Source: an uncultured Gammaproteobacteria bacterium
GTDB lineage: Bacteria; Patescibacteriota; Patescibacteriia; SBBC01; CAIJZX01
NCBI GenBank assembly: GCA_964349465.1
Contig: CAYGGC010000002.1
Location: 28,841 to 92,840 of the forward strand
DNA length: 64,000 nucleotides
Direction of reading: 5' to 3'
The stretch's first letter is position 1; each line of letters opens with the position of its first letter. This document shows positions 1-9,897 of this stretch, in pieces. The notes beneath the pieces are model-generated. The model was given only the letters and a program-made list of their open reading frames with translations, made no database searches and was not told where the DNA came from. A program made the translations under genes and the position numbers.

Positions 1-313
1 GAAAAAACGAGCTTCAGGAATGTCGTCCAACTCGTCGCCCAGATGGTGGTCAGACCAGGAAAGATTCCGAGCACAGCCCACAGCAGCAGCGGAAAACTGA
101 TCAGCCGAAACGTATCCTTGCACGTTCCGCGAAGGTCGTCCGCGTTGAAGACCATCAGGAGGCAGCCGGTGCAAAGCAGAAGACCATACTGCCACACATT
201 CACCCAGCGGGGTCCGTTGAGGAATAGCTGAGTCCCGCTGAGAATCTCGACGGCACCAGCGATCGTAACCGCCAGTAGCGCCAACGTCAGTAAAACGTAC
301 AGTAGGAACTTCA
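1..313 (-). CDS. Membrane protein. The N-terminal ~104 aa are visible (start at 313) and the C-terminus lies beyond the left window edge.
   Basis: An ATG at 313..311 sits behind the AAAGGAGG motif 6 nt upstream. The frame translates to a hydrophobic multi-helix peptide (MKFLLYVLLTLALLAVTIAGAVEIL...) and stays open to position 1. This ORF is missing from the supplied track, probably because it runs off the edge. Confidence 0.45.
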
Positions 314-392
314 TAACGACCTCCTTTCGAGGGTCAGGGAAATGGAATGAGCAATCTCTCGGTAAGTAGAATTTTTTCTGCACACTGAGAGA

Positions 393-436
393 TGGTGGAG
401 CGAAGAGGTTGAATCCTCGCTCCACCTGGTTTTCAT
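393..436. terminator. GC-rich hairpin, with a T-run on the plus strand. Which strand it serves is unclear.
   Basis: GGTGGAGCGA...CGCTCCACC forms a 10-bp stem. On the plus strand it is followed by TGGTTTTC. Confidence 0.3.
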
Positions 437-451
437 CTTCGTCTCACCGAC

Positions 452-646
452 CTAGATCACCAAGTGATCGAGGTCCAGGCTGACCGCGTCGATGACACGG
501 TTGCCTAGCCAGACTCGCCGCCGAAAGTCAGTGATCGGTCGATCTGCGGGCGTGATAACGGCCTGTGTCACTTCGACCTCGGCCATTACCTCGAGATGAA
601 CTGCATCCGCCGCAAATAGCGGGACCAGAAACAGGGCACCAACCAT
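452..646 (-). CDS. Small hypothetical protein, 64 aa
   Basis: An ATG at 646 has AAGGAGGAGG immediately upstream. The track ORF 452..685 has an internal Met. No recognisable domain. Confidence 0.4.
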   Translation of the reverse strand: MVGALFLVPLFAADAVHLEVMAEVEVTQAVITPADRPITDFRRRVWLGNRVIDAVSLDLDHLVI

Positions 647-662
647 GACCTCCTCCTTGAGG

Positions 663-878
663 TTATGCAGCGACTTTACCACCACAGGGCGTCAGGATGA
701 CGCCAGGGTAACGACCGCGTCCCATCGAGCTGACCGAACGGCGGAGGCGCTTGACCTCCTCGACCTGAAGATCGAGGAATGCACAGGCATCCGTCAGATC
801 GGCGGCGGCCACCTTAGCACCATCCATGAACTTCTGGATGATTGCCTTGGCCCAGTTCTTCTGTTCGACTGCGCACAT
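663..878 (-). CDS. Small hypothetical protein, 71 aa
   Basis: The start at 878 (GTG then ATG) has GGGAGGG 5-8 nt upstream. It pairs with the next small ORF in an apparent two-gene unit. Confidence 0.4.
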   Translation of the reverse strand: MCAVEQKNWAKAIIQKFMDGAKVAAADLTDACAFLDLQVEEVKRLRRSVSSMGRGRYPGVILTPCGGKVAA

Positions 879-1399
879 CACTGAACCCTCCCTGGGTATC
901 CGGTCAACCCGACCGGTAGGTGTAACAACAGAAGATGAATGGCGAAGAACACATCAGGAGGCGAGCTGGCGAATAATTGATCGGACAAGCCAATCGAAAT
1001 TCGTAAATGCCCTACGCCTTTGACGCATCGAGTGAACCCAATGATGTCAAACGCTTCAGACGACCAGGTCATCATCACGTTACAAACGGTTGATGATACT
1101 GGCGCTCGTGCCAAGCACTCCTGCGCTGCAGTGGTGCTATGGCTCCCCTCCTTGTGTGTTCTTCGCCTGGTAAAAAGAACTTCGCTTGAGAATTCGATCG
1201 TGTTGGAGACTTGCGTCATTCCGCGATCAATCGAATACTCGAGTGAAACGGGGAACGACGATAGACGTGGTCTATGAATCGTTCCCCAAGGAATTCAGTT
1301 TCAGGCTTCCTTGGGCCTTTGGTTTGCAATGAGCGTTACGTCCAAGTCATGACGGCCTCATGGGCGGTGGCATGCTGGTGGTGCCCCTCTTGGCGGGGC

Positions 1400-1942
1400 T
1401 TAGGCGGCCTTACGACCGCGCTTCTCGTTCTTGGCCTTGGCGGCCTTCTCCTTCTTCGCCGGCTGCTGGGCGCCCGCGGACTTCTTCCGCTCGCCCTTCG
1501 CGACGTACCGCCGACTCGGCTTCTTCCCGGGACCCTTGCGATCCAGGTCCATCACGGTCTTCCCGTGGAAGCCAGCCGGCTGCTTGTCCGTCGGAGCCGA
1601 CGATACGGCGACGTACCGCCGACCGCTCGTCTCACCGATCTGCGTGCGGAGGTTCTTGATCTCCTGCTCGTGCTGGACGATCACGCCGAGCGTCTTCTCC
1701 TGACGCCCCAACGCGTACTCGACCTGCATCTGCATGCCAACCAGCCGATTTTCGGCCCAGGTCGTCCAGCGCGCGTTGTCGGTGCCGGCATCGACACGCT
1801 CGGCCATGGCGACCTCGTGCTCGGCGAGCTGGTCCCGGAGGATCCGCATGGAACGCTGCTCGCCCACGAGAAGCTCGTCGAGGCTCTTGATGAGCGCGAT
1901 GCGGTTGTTGATCTTCTCCTGCTGGGTCCAGTTGGACGACAT
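1400..1942 (-). CDS. Coiled-coil protein with a Lys/Ala-rich basic C-terminal tail, 180 aa. Possibly a nucleic-acid-binding or scaffold protein.
   Basis: An ATG at 1942 follows GGAGG (ggaggtacaccATG). The N-terminal two thirds are heptad-like (LIKSLDELLVGEQRSMRILRDQLAEHEV...). The tail is KKPSRRYVAKGERKKSAGAQQPAKKEKAAKAKNEKRGRKAA. Local GC is about 64%, against a window mean near 52%. Confidence 0.5.
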   Translation of the reverse strand: MSSNWTQQEKINNRIALIKSLDELLVGEQRSMRILRDQLAEHEVAMAERVDAGTDNARWTTWAENRLVGMQMQVEYALGRQEKTLGVIVQHEQEIKNLRTQIGETSGRRYVAVSSAPTDKQPAGFHGKTVMDLDRKGPGKKPSRRYVAKGERKKSAGAQQPAKKEKAAKAKNEKRGRKAA

Positions 1943-2303
1943 GGTGTACCTCCTTGCCCATCGTGGGCTCGGGTGTGCACTGCCTGTACAGCGTGTGAGT
2001 GATAGGGTTCCGAAGAACCGATCGGGAGGCAAGCGAACGGTCGGTGTGACGAGCAAGCTCATCGGACCGTCATATGCCTTCTCGAACTGGCGTTGGTAGT
2101 CGAAACCACCGTGGCTAGTTCTTGAATGCGGTTGGTGTCGTCCATGCTTGGCATTTCTCGACAACCAACGCTTTCCCCTCCCTGTCGGTTCTTTGGAACG
2201 TTGTAAGGTTCTGCTGTTTCGCTCTTTCGAGCTCATCAGGTGAGACACACATCTCACGACAGCGAGGGTTTTGTTAGACCAGTCCCACAACTGGTTGAAA
2301 CGG

Positions 2304-2654
2304 TTAGCGAGTTTCGCGTACCACCCGAGTTCCAGGGTAGTCGATTACCACCCTGCTCAGAGAGTCAGAAGCGATGATGAAGCGAGTGTAGTTGCTCAGT
2401 CGGTTGCTTTCGACGATGTGTCGAAACCTCGCCTGTGCATCCCGATACATCCGTTCCGACTCGATCGTCGGACCGCCCAGATGATCGGTATACTCGTGCC
2501 TCGCGACCATCACCATGATGGCAGCGTTCTGCAGCTGTTCGCCAGCGATGCCGACGCTGGCGTCGTACGTCACCGCGACCTTCGGGTCGATCTTCTGACC
2601 CGAACAACCAACGAGAGACATGAGCGCGAGCAGAACAATACCGAATCTGATCAT
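2304..2654 (-). CDS. Lipoprotein, 116 aa
   Basis: The start at 2654 has AAGGAGGAG upstream. The signal peptide is MIRFGIVLLALMSLVGC, with a LVGC lipobox. Confidence 0.55.
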   Translation of the reverse strand: MIRFGIVLLALMSLVGCSGQKIDPKVAVTYDASVGIAGEQLQNAAIMVMVARHEYTDHLGGPTIESERMYRDAQARFRHIVESNRLSNYTRFIIASDSLSRVVIDYPGTRVVRETR

Positions 2655-2964
2655 CTTCTCCTCCTTGCGCCTAAAGCGCTGTGAAGAACGACTGCCTTTC
2701 ATTTCACTGGTTCCTACAACCAGACACACGCGGCACCTGGCCGTAGAACCGGTAAAATGAAAAACGGATGAGGCGTATTGGAGACAACGTTGTCGACAAC
2801 ACACCTCACCCGTCTTGTCCCGTACGTACGACGGGAATGGATGATGGCTTGTTAGGTCGAACGCTCGCTCCTCAACGATTGTTCAGACGTGAATTGTATG
2901 GTGCGCTCGTCAGCCCTCCTTTTCGAGCGTGACTGAGTAGAATACTCCTCGACCTATAAAATGT

Positions 2965-2998
2965 CAAGAGCCCTCGGATGGACCAGGGCTCTTTTTGG
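2965..2998. terminator. Bidirectional intrinsic terminator
   Basis: AGAGCCCT-cggatggacc-AGGGCTCT is followed by TTTTT on the plus strand and has an A-run upstream. It lies immediately 3' of the minus-strand DUF4012 gene. Confidence 0.45.
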
Positions 2999-3028
2999 CT
3001 AACTTTAGGCTTTTTTTCTGTGGATATT

Positions 3029-5164
3029 TTACCTCGTCACGACGCCGAATACTCGAGTTTGGTCAGAGTTTGTCTGCCAAGTCGCCGCCCCGCGAACGCG
3101 CTCTCCCCCGCCAATCACCTCGCGAACTGATTCATTTCCACCCGGTTGATAGGTTACGGTCCAAGTTCGACGCGGCGCCCCAGGTTGTTTTTGCCACACC
3201 AGTGTCCAGGTATTGTTCGTCGGCAGTGGGGTGCTATAGGTATAGGTCAGCGTCTGTGTCTTTCCTGGTGGAAGAACGCTCCAGGCGCCAAACGTCTTTC
3301 GTCCTGTTTCCTCAGTCAAACGGACAGATCCAGCTTGTTCGAGTAACACGGTGCCTTCAGCGGCCAGAAGTTCCGCCGACAGCGCCGTATTGGCTGCAGG
3401 AGTTTTAAATATCCCGCTTGTTGGGCTCGCGCCATCAACGCTGATAAACTGAGCAGTTCGCGGTGCATAGACGCGGATAAATGATTGATTCTTCAGCCCA
3501 GCTAACGGATCGCTCGGCAAGCCGGAATGTCGCCGAGTAATCGCGACGGTATGGACGAGGCCCCGAGCTTCGGGGGTGACGGTCACGGCGACTGACTCAT
3601 CAATAACTCGGTCAGTCTTCCCGCCGCCAAGGTTACTTGTCACAACAGCCAAATAATCATCAGGAGCTTGTGCGAGTGCGCCGCTCCACCCTAAGTCACG
3701 AATCGATGTTTGCGTAACGGCATCATCACTATAGAACAGGAGATCGGCTTGATCAGCATGTTGCAGTGTCACGCCAGCCGCGAGCATCCCTTCCGTCGCA
3801 TCAAGCTTCGTCAACGCCGTCATTAAGGTTGGGACCATATCAAGCAGGAATTTTTTCGGATTATTTAAAGCTTTATTGTATTTAAACTCGACCTGCTCTT
3901 CCGTCGCGCGGACAAAATTATCGGCAGTAATATCCACCCCATAACCCTCCGGTCGAACCGGTCCGGTAATACGCAGTAATGATTCAATTAGGCCAGGCGT
4001 CAAATAGATAATCCCGTTCGGTTTAAAACCACGGGCTTGCTCATAAAAATCCAGGAGAAAGTTCGACGAGGTAGGTACATCAAGAAACCAGTTCGCGTCA
4101 TGAAACGTCCAATATGGCGCGACCGCTAAAATCGGTTGCGGCGGCATACTTGTTTGCGGAATTTGAACCGAGAGGTCGAACGGACCCGTGACCGGCGCAT
4201 CGAGGACTTTTAACACCCCTTTTTCAAATTTGACCATCATGAACGTACCAATAAATCCCCCGGTGGCACGGAGTTCATCATGGTTCTGAAAAACAATCAG
4301 CCATTCTTTTGTTTGATCGCCAGCCAACATACCGGTCAAAAAATCTGCCAGCTGTTCCCCGCGACCATCCGGCTCGGTGATGAATGGTTGCAGTTGTTGC
4401 CAGGTTCGCACAAACTCGGCGTAGGCCGGCGGAACCGCGTTGGGATCAACCGACCGTAACTCCTCTAAGGCCGTCATCAACGACGCTAGCCCCTGCCGGA
4501 AACTTTGCGGCTGTCGTAACATCGGCCCCAAAACTCCGACTGAACCTTGGACTACTCCACTCGTTTCAATCGTCACGCCCGACGTCACCGGCCGAACTCC
4601 GGTTAATGAAGTTGAGAGAATCGCCCCAGCTTTCGCAATGTGCCGAGCCGCTCGAATCGCCGCCAGACCGGTTTGGAATTTTTTTCCGACGACGGGCAAA
4701 CGACTGGCCATGCGGGTTTGCGACCAGACCGCGCCTTGTAATATTGTTTCTGCCTCTTGGAATGAGTTTTCGGCGTCTGAAAACGCAGTTGCAGCCGTAT
4801 CACTTTCGTACGCCACAATCGCGGCTCCCCCACGTTGCAGGGCAGTCGTACCAGTCGTCGCCAACGCCTCCGCTGTATTCGCCGCCCGAAGCATTCGTAG
4901 GCTGGCAAAAATACCAAGCACCGGAACACCCAAAATCGCCACCGCGACAATAAACTTCACCGCTTCGCGTCGTAGACGTGTCCACTCGACACGACGGGTC
5001 GGTGAGGCGTCGTGGAGGATTGGTGTTGCCGTTGGTTGCGACCGACGACGTAACCAGCTGGGGGCTCGTGGCGTCCGTCGGGCGGGAGTCGCCTCAGACG
5101 CTAAGAGTTCCCGCAGGTCGAGGATGTTTGAATCAGGAACGTTTTTTTGACGTGAGCTGGGCAT
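3029..5164 (-). CDS. Large cell-envelope protein, DUF4012-like. It has one N-terminal TM helix and a roughly 600-aa extracytoplasmic domain.
   Basis: 711-aa ORF. A TM helix (FIVAVAILGVPVLGIFASL) sits after a basic N-terminus. The ELRATGGFIGTFMMVKFEKG segment resembles the DUF4012 core as I recall it. It is co-oriented with the glycosyltransferase genes. The start may lie later than 5164. Confidence 0.55.
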   Translation of the reverse strand: MPSSRQKNVPDSNILDLRELLASEATPARRTPRAPSWLRRRSQPTATPILHDASPTRRVEWTRLRREAVKFIVAVAILGVPVLGIFASLRMLRAANTAEALATTGTTALQRGGAAIVAYESDTAATAFSDAENSFQEAETILQGAVWSQTRMASRLPVVGKKFQTGLAAIRAARHIAKAGAILSTSLTGVRPVTSGVTIETSGVVQGSVGVLGPMLRQPQSFRQGLASLMTALEELRSVDPNAVPPAYAEFVRTWQQLQPFITEPDGRGEQLADFLTGMLAGDQTKEWLIVFQNHDELRATGGFIGTFMMVKFEKGVLKVLDAPVTGPFDLSVQIPQTSMPPQPILAVAPYWTFHDANWFLDVPTSSNFLLDFYEQARGFKPNGIIYLTPGLIESLLRITGPVRPEGYGVDITADNFVRATEEQVEFKYNKALNNPKKFLLDMVPTLMTALTKLDATEGMLAAGVTLQHADQADLLFYSDDAVTQTSIRDLGWSGALAQAPDDYLAVVTSNLGGGKTDRVIDESVAVTVTPEARGLVHTVAITRRHSGLPSDPLAGLKNQSFIRVYAPRTAQFISVDGASPTSGIFKTPAANTALSAELLAAEGTVLLEQAGSVRLTEETGRKTFGAWSVLPPGKTQTLTYTYSTPLPTNNTWTLVWQKQPGAPRRTWTVTYQPGGNESVREVIGGGERVRGAATWQTNSDQTRVFGVVTR

Positions 5165-6272
5165 GCGTCGAGGTATAGAGGGCTAACGTTTCTTCGGCCA
5201 TCCGGCGCCAAGAAAATTCCTGAACGCGCGCGGCACCGGCGGCAATGAGTCGTTGTCGCTCTAGTGTATCATGAAGCGCTTGAGAAATCGATTGTGCAAT
5301 TGAGGTCGGATTCAGCGGATCAAAGTACGCCGCGGCCGGCCCAAACACCTCCGGCAAGCAACTCGCCCGGGCCGCAAAGACCGGCGTTCCCATTGACATC
5401 GCTTCAAGTCCCGGCAACCCAAAGCCCTCGGAGAGTGAAGGAAAAAAATACGCTTGCGCGTGTTGGTACAGCGCGGCTAGTTCCTGGTCCGAAGCGAATC
5501 CGTAAAAAAGAATATTCTTCATCCCCCGCTCATGCACTAACCGCTCGAGGCGACGGGAAAAATAATCTCGCTTACCAACTAACACGACCTGAAAATTCTC
5601 ACCTCGACGCTGGGCTAGTTCCACCCCGTCGAGAAAGCGCTCCAGGTTCTTATGCGGATACGAATTACCGACGTAGAGCAGATACGGGGTCTGAATTCCC
5701 CGTTCGCTCACACTCGACCATTCCGACGGATCTGGTAATGGATCAACCGATTCATACGTGACTGAGACGCGATCAGAGGAAACCGGAAATCGTTTCAAGA
5801 GTTCCTGTCGGCTATGTGAGGAAACAGTAATTACGTGCGCCGCTTGATTGATGGCGTGACGGATCGTCGCTTCGTAGGCTAGAAATTTTGCTCGAAAAAG
5901 AAACGGACCTAAGGTGCTGGCGCGCTCCGTCGGAAACTGGTTAAGAATGAGATCGTGAATCGTTACGACGAATGGACCGCTCCAAAACAGTGGTACATTA
6001 AAATGTGGAATGTGCCAAAGATCGACCCGGGCTGCGCGATACCGCGCGGGCATGCGGACTTGTTCGGCGAGGCTGTACCAACGCTCTGGAGCCAACCGTT
6101 TTGTCCAACGAGAGTTTTTTGGCTGCCACAAATCCCACGCTTTTGGCTGGAGCAAGAGCACGTACTCATTGTGCTGGTCAATCTGTTCGAGATGGGAAAT
6201 CAGCCGCTCAACATAGCGACCAATGCCGGTCTCTTGTGGTCCAAAAAATCGGGCATCAATCCCGAGGCGCAT
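5133..6272 (-). CDS. Glycosyltransferase, family 4 (GT-B fold)
   Basis: The N-terminus reads MRLGIDARFFGPQETGIGRYV. The C-terminal half carries the GT4 EGFGLP-type motif (SLSEGFGLPGLEAMSMGTPV). The start at 6272 is 4 nt after the stop of the upstream gene. Confidence 0.7.
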   Translation of the reverse strand: MRLGIDARFFGPQETGIGRYVERLISHLEQIDQHNEYVLLLQPKAWDLWQPKNSRWTKRLAPERWYSLAEQVRMPARYRAARVDLWHIPHFNVPLFWSGPFVVTIHDLILNQFPTERASTLGPFLFRAKFLAYEATIRHAINQAAHVITVSSHSRQELLKRFPVSSDRVSVTYESVDPLPDPSEWSSVSERGIQTPYLLYVGNSYPHKNLERFLDGVELAQRRGENFQVVLVGKRDYFSRRLERLVHERGMKNILFYGFASDQELAALYQHAQAYFFPSLSEGFGLPGLEAMSMGTPVFAARASCLPEVFGPAAAYFDPLNPTSIAQSISQALHDTLERQRLIAAGAARVQEFSWRRMAEETLALYTSTHAQLTSKKRS

Positions 6273-6276
6273 TGGA

Positions 6277-6885
6277 TTATTGGCGGAGATAATGCCGAGC
6301 GGCAGCGACGAGCAATGCCAAGCCAAAACTGAGGACCAGCACCGCACCCGCGTACAGCCAAGGATTTGGCTGGGCGGGGGCGATCACCGGCGTTGAGCCA
6401 ACGACCTCAAAAATTGATTTGTTATCGGCACTCCGGTTGAGTTGGGAGGTCCGCTCACCCATGACGCCGGCCATCCCGCGGACGAGAGCTTGAGCCCGAG
6501 CCTCATCTCGCTCAGTAAAGCGAACGACGATGTTTTGGGCCGAGTACTTTTTCACCCGAAAACGCGAGGGCAAACTGTCGACGGATTGAATTTCCGAATC
6601 AAGGTTGGCCCGTCCGTACATTTCCTGCAACACGGATGGCGTGCTGAACCAACTCACGACGGTTTGAGCAAACAAGTCGGTCGCCTGAAGAGCGTAGTAG
6701 CCGTCGTATTGATAATCCGGCGTCGCCTCTTTATTCACGCGGTTGACGGCGTAGGAAACTGACACACCGGTACGAACCGGCTGCGTCGCGGTCACAACAT
6801 ACGCGGCCACAGTTGCCACCAGGACGATACTACCAATCAGCCAACGCTGGGACCAGTACACTTTAAGATAATCGCGTAATTCCAT
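6277..6885 (-). CDS. Wzz/chain-length-determinant-like membrane protein (short form)
   Basis: An N-terminal TM helix (WLIGSIVLVATVAAYVV), a periplasmic region and a C-terminal TM helix (LYAGAVLVLSFGLALLVAAARHYLRQ). This topology is typical of Wzz/CapA-type co-polymerases. The start is uncertain (6885 or 6924). Confidence 0.45.
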   Translation of the reverse strand: MELRDYLKVYWSQRWLIGSIVLVATVAAYVVTATQPVRTGVSVSYAVNRVNKEATPDYQYDGYYALQATDLFAQTVVSWFSTPSVLQEMYGRANLDSEIQSVDSLPSRFRVKKYSAQNIVVRFTERDEARAQALVRGMAGVMGERTSQLNRSADNKSIFEVVGSTPVIAPAQPNPWLYAGAVLVLSFGLALLVAAARHYLRQ

Positions 6886-6893
6886 AGTCGTGG

Positions 6894-8012
6894 TTATTGT
6901 AACTGAGTTTGATGGTTTTTCCAAGCGGTATCGACCGCGGCACGAATCTGTTGTCGGAACTGTTCCGTACTAAATGTTTCGGCCCAGGCCCGAATTTTTT
7001 TGGGGTCAAACGCGTCGGGAGTGAAACGAATCACCGTGTCTGCCAGCGCTTCCCACTCTTGATCGTGGAACAACGTTCCGGTCACGCCTGGCTTGACTGT
7101 TTCGATTGCACCGCCAGCAGCATATGCGATGACCGGTCGGCCGGCCGCCATCGCCTCAATCACCGTAATACCAAAATCTTCTTCTTGTGGATTAATAAAC
7201 GCGATGGCTTGTCCGAAGAGCTTGCCCATTTCCGCGTCGTCTAACCGCCCGACAAATTCAATATTTGATTTCGCCATCGCCCGTAATTTTGGCTCAGCCG
7301 GACCAGAACCAAAAATCTTTAACGGTAAGCCTAGTCGGTTAAATGCTTCAATCACCAGGTCGAAATGTTTATACGGAACTAATCGACCACCGGTTAAATA
7401 ATAGGGACCAATTTTTTCCTGGATGGTAAACCGCTGAATATCAACCGGCGGATAAATCACCTGCCCGGACCGTCGGTAATACTTTTTCAAACGCTGACTG
7501 ACGAACTTGCTATTCACGATAAAGTGGTCAACCCGATCGGCCGCTAATCGATCCCATTGCCGCAAACGGGTCAGCGCAAACATCGCCACTACTTTCAGGA
7601 TTCGCGCGTAACGAAGATTATTGACATAGCTGATGGTGTCGTTCCAGAGATACCGCGTCGGCGAATGGAGATAGCACACATGGACAGTGTGCGGATCGGT
7701 AATCACGCCCTTAGCAAAACTCGCCGAACTAGATAAGACCACATCAAACCCGCGCAGGTCGTAGCGCTCAACGGCGGTCGGCATCAGCGGTAAATACCAT
7801 TGATAAAATCGTTGCGACCCTGGTAAGTGTTGAATGAATGAAGTCCGAATATCTTTCGTACGAAACCAAACATTCGCCTCATCGCGATTGTAGACAAGCG
7901 TGAAGACAGGCGCGTCTGGATACTCTTCCATAAACGCGCGGAGGACTCGCTCAGCCCCACCATCTTGGGCTAAGTGATCGTGGACCAGGGCGACGCGAAG
8001 ATTAGACGGCAT
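6894..8012 (-). CDS. Glycosyltransferase, family 4
   Basis: The N-terminus reads LRVALVHDHLAQDGGAERV. The EDFGITVIEAMAAGRPVIA motif is present. The start at 8012 overlaps the stop of the upstream gene by 11 nt. An alternative start is at 8048. Confidence 0.7.
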   Translation of the reverse strand: MPSNLRVALVHDHLAQDGGAERVLRAFMEEYPDAPVFTLVYNRDEANVWFRTKDIRTSFIQHLPGSQRFYQWYLPLMPTAVERYDLRGFDVVLSSSASFAKGVITDPHTVHVCYLHSPTRYLWNDTISYVNNLRYARILKVVAMFALTRLRQWDRLAADRVDHFIVNSKFVSQRLKKYYRRSGQVIYPPVDIQRFTIQEKIGPYYLTGGRLVPYKHFDLVIEAFNRLGLPLKIFGSGPAEPKLRAMAKSNIEFVGRLDDAEMGKLFGQAIAFINPQEEDFGITVIEAMAAGRPVIAYAAGGAIETVKPGVTGTLFHDQEWEALADTVIRFTPDAFDPKKIRAWAETFSTEQFRQQIRAAVDTAWKNHQTQLQ

Positions 8013-9387
8013 GTTTGGTGGAAAAAACGACCGTTGGAGTCTGGGCAATAATCCGTAGATCGAGGCTCAGTGACCAGTGCTCGATATACCACAAATCAAG
8101 TCGGACCTCATCTTCAAACGACAGCGTCGATCGACCCGAAACTTGCGCCATCCCGGTTAAGCCAGGTTTAATGGCTAGGAGTTTTTTATGTCGAGCTTCA
8201 TAGCGCGCAACTTCTTCTGGCTCATGCGGTCGCGGGCCAACTAAGCTCATTTCACCGCGCAAAACGTTATAGAGTTGCGGCAGCTCGTCGATACTCGTTT
8301 TCCGTAGCCAGCGCCCAATCCGCGTAATGCGCGGATCTCGAGAAATTTTAAACAGCGGCCCATCGGCGCGTTCATTTTTTTCGAGGAGCTGTGATTTCAA
8401 GGCATGTGCGTCACGAACCATCGATCGAAATTTATATAATGTGAACCTCCGCTGACGTTGGCCGACGCGGTCGAGTCGCACAAAAATTGGTCCAGCGGAA
8501 TCAATTTTAATCAGCACAGCGACGATCAGGCCGGGAATAAAAATGATGGCCAATCCAAGCGCCGAACCAAGAATGTCGACACCTCGTTTCAGAATCCTTC
8601 CCCAACCATCTAGGGGCGTGCGGCGAATGGTAATCATTGGTACACCGCCAATGTCACCAACATCGACATGGCCCGCTTGTGTGTCAAAAACATCAGCCGC
8701 ATAGCGGAAACTGATGCCATGCTCGTTGCAATGGTCAAGAATTTGCAAAGTTTGAGCTTTGCTGATAGCACTGTCCCCTTGCAAGACTTCATCGATGGTC
8801 CCTTGCTGCGCTAATTCATCCAATTGCGCTAAGGCGTCGAGCGCAACCTCCGGCCAATGCTTCACGACGCGGTATCCCAGCGTCGGCTGGGTATGAAACA
8901 TTTCGATCAAATCTTTGGTCGTTTGATCTTTACCAAAAACAACGAGCTGTCGAACGCCCAGGCCACGACGATAAAATTGCCGCTGAATTGAACGCACGAA
9001 TACATGGGTGCACCATAAAAAAATCAACGCGATGACCCAGCTCGCTAATATAATAAACCGCGAAGAAAAGAATTCACGCTGGAAAAAGATAGTAACAATA
9101 ATCAGCAAGACCGCCGTCGAGGTGCCGAAAAAAACTTTGCCAAGCTCGGCACTCAATCGAGTTTGCCGAATCGAAAAAACACCCGTGGCCGCGAGAACCG
9201 CCACCCAAAGCGCGGCCGCAATCAAGACTAACCGCATATAGCCGCCGAACGGGATCGTATCGACTGTCGGTAGCCACTGACTAAAACTACTAAACCGCAG
9301 GCTGTACGCTAACCACCCGGCCAAAACTAATGCCAGGTAATCAATCGGAACGAGAAGGCCAGCGAAAAATAAGTCAGAACGTTTCAT
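8002..9387 (-). CDS. Polyprenyl-phosphate sugar phosphotransferase (WbaP/WcaJ/EpsL family), the initiating transferase
   Basis: Four or five N-terminal TM helices are followed by a catalytic domain with SIDELPQLYNVLRGEMSLVGPRP and KPGLTGMAQVSGR. The start at 9387 (MKRSDLFF...) leaves the RNase P RNA clear of the coding sequence. Confidence 0.8.
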   Translation of the reverse strand: MKRSDLFFAGLLVPIDYLALVLAGWLAYSLRFSSFSQWLPTVDTIPFGGYMRLVLIAAALWVAVLAATGVFSIRQTRLSAELGKVFFGTSTAVLLIIVTIFFQREFFSSRFIILASWVIALIFLWCTHVFVRSIQRQFYRRGLGVRQLVVFGKDQTTKDLIEMFHTQPTLGYRVVKHWPEVALDALAQLDELAQQGTIDEVLQGDSAISKAQTLQILDHCNEHGISFRYAADVFDTQAGHVDVGDIGGVPMITIRRTPLDGWGRILKRGVDILGSALGLAIIFIPGLIVAVLIKIDSAGPIFVRLDRVGQRQRRFTLYKFRSMVRDAHALKSQLLEKNERADGPLFKISRDPRITRIGRWLRKTSIDELPQLYNVLRGEMSLVGPRPHEPEEVARYEARHKKLLAIKPGLTGMAQVSGRSTLSFEDEVRLDLWYIEHWSLSLDLRIIAQTPTVVFSTKHAV

Positions 9388-9451
9388 AGTATCGTATGCC
9401 CTGTCAGATCGCCTATAAGCCGAATTCTGTCCGCCTCCGCCCAAGAGTACA

Positions 9452-9890
9452 GCGGGCATCGCTCCGGTGAAGGAACTTGTCAGCTGGAATCTTGGACGAA
9501 AGTTGGATGATCATCTCTCTCGAACGGTCATTGCTGACCGCCTCTAGCGATCTACCCGTCTCGACGCTTGCGCGTGAGACCTATGCGATCTTGCACCGAA
9601 GAGGGTTTGCCCGCCGATTCAATCACTTGAACCAGCCGTGCGCTCTTACCGCACGATTTCGCCCTTACCGCATCTCGCGATGCGGCGGTATGTTTCTGTT
9701 GCACTCTTCGCCGCGTCAGACGCGGGCCCTAGGCTTGGCATGACATGGACGGTATACCCAGATCCACGTCACGTTACTCCCGGTTGCCGTTAGCAACTCT
9801 TCATATTCCCAACTGATTTCTCAGCTGAGCGGTGTTCGGACTTTCCTCCCCACCTTGCGATGGGGCGATCATCCAGCGATCTGTACAGAG
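9452..9890 (-). ncRNA. rnpB: RNase P RNA (bacterial)
   Basis: The minus strand reads GGAGGAAAGTCCGAACACC (CR-I). It also reads GTGCAACAGAAACATACCGCC (CR-II). GGTAAGGGCGAAATCGTGCGGTAAGAGCGCACGGCTGG matches CR-III. GGGTAGATCGCTAG and AGATGATCATCC resemble the CR-IV/P15-18 region. The 5' segment GATCGCTGG pairs with 3' CCGGAGCGATG to form P1. The ends are approximate. Confidence 0.8.
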
Positions 9891-9897
9891 CGCCAAG

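Noticed and set aside
1274-2002. 242-aa plus-strand ORF, plus other overlapping ORFs (1360..1659, 1431..1703, 1632..1961, 1681..1980)
   Set aside because: All overlap the GGAGG-preceded coiled-coil gene in a 64% GC region. They are low-complexity Arg/Pro/Ala translations typical of antisense frames.
4440-5150. 236-aa plus-strand ORF, plus the 4384..4953 ORF
   Set aside because: They are antisense to the DUF4012-like gene. No start signals, no domain.
9074-9743. ORFs 9074..9277 (-), 9008..9241 (+) and 9477..9743 (+)
   Set aside because: They fall within the RNase P RNA or the N-terminal extension of the sugar transferase. They have no coding signals.
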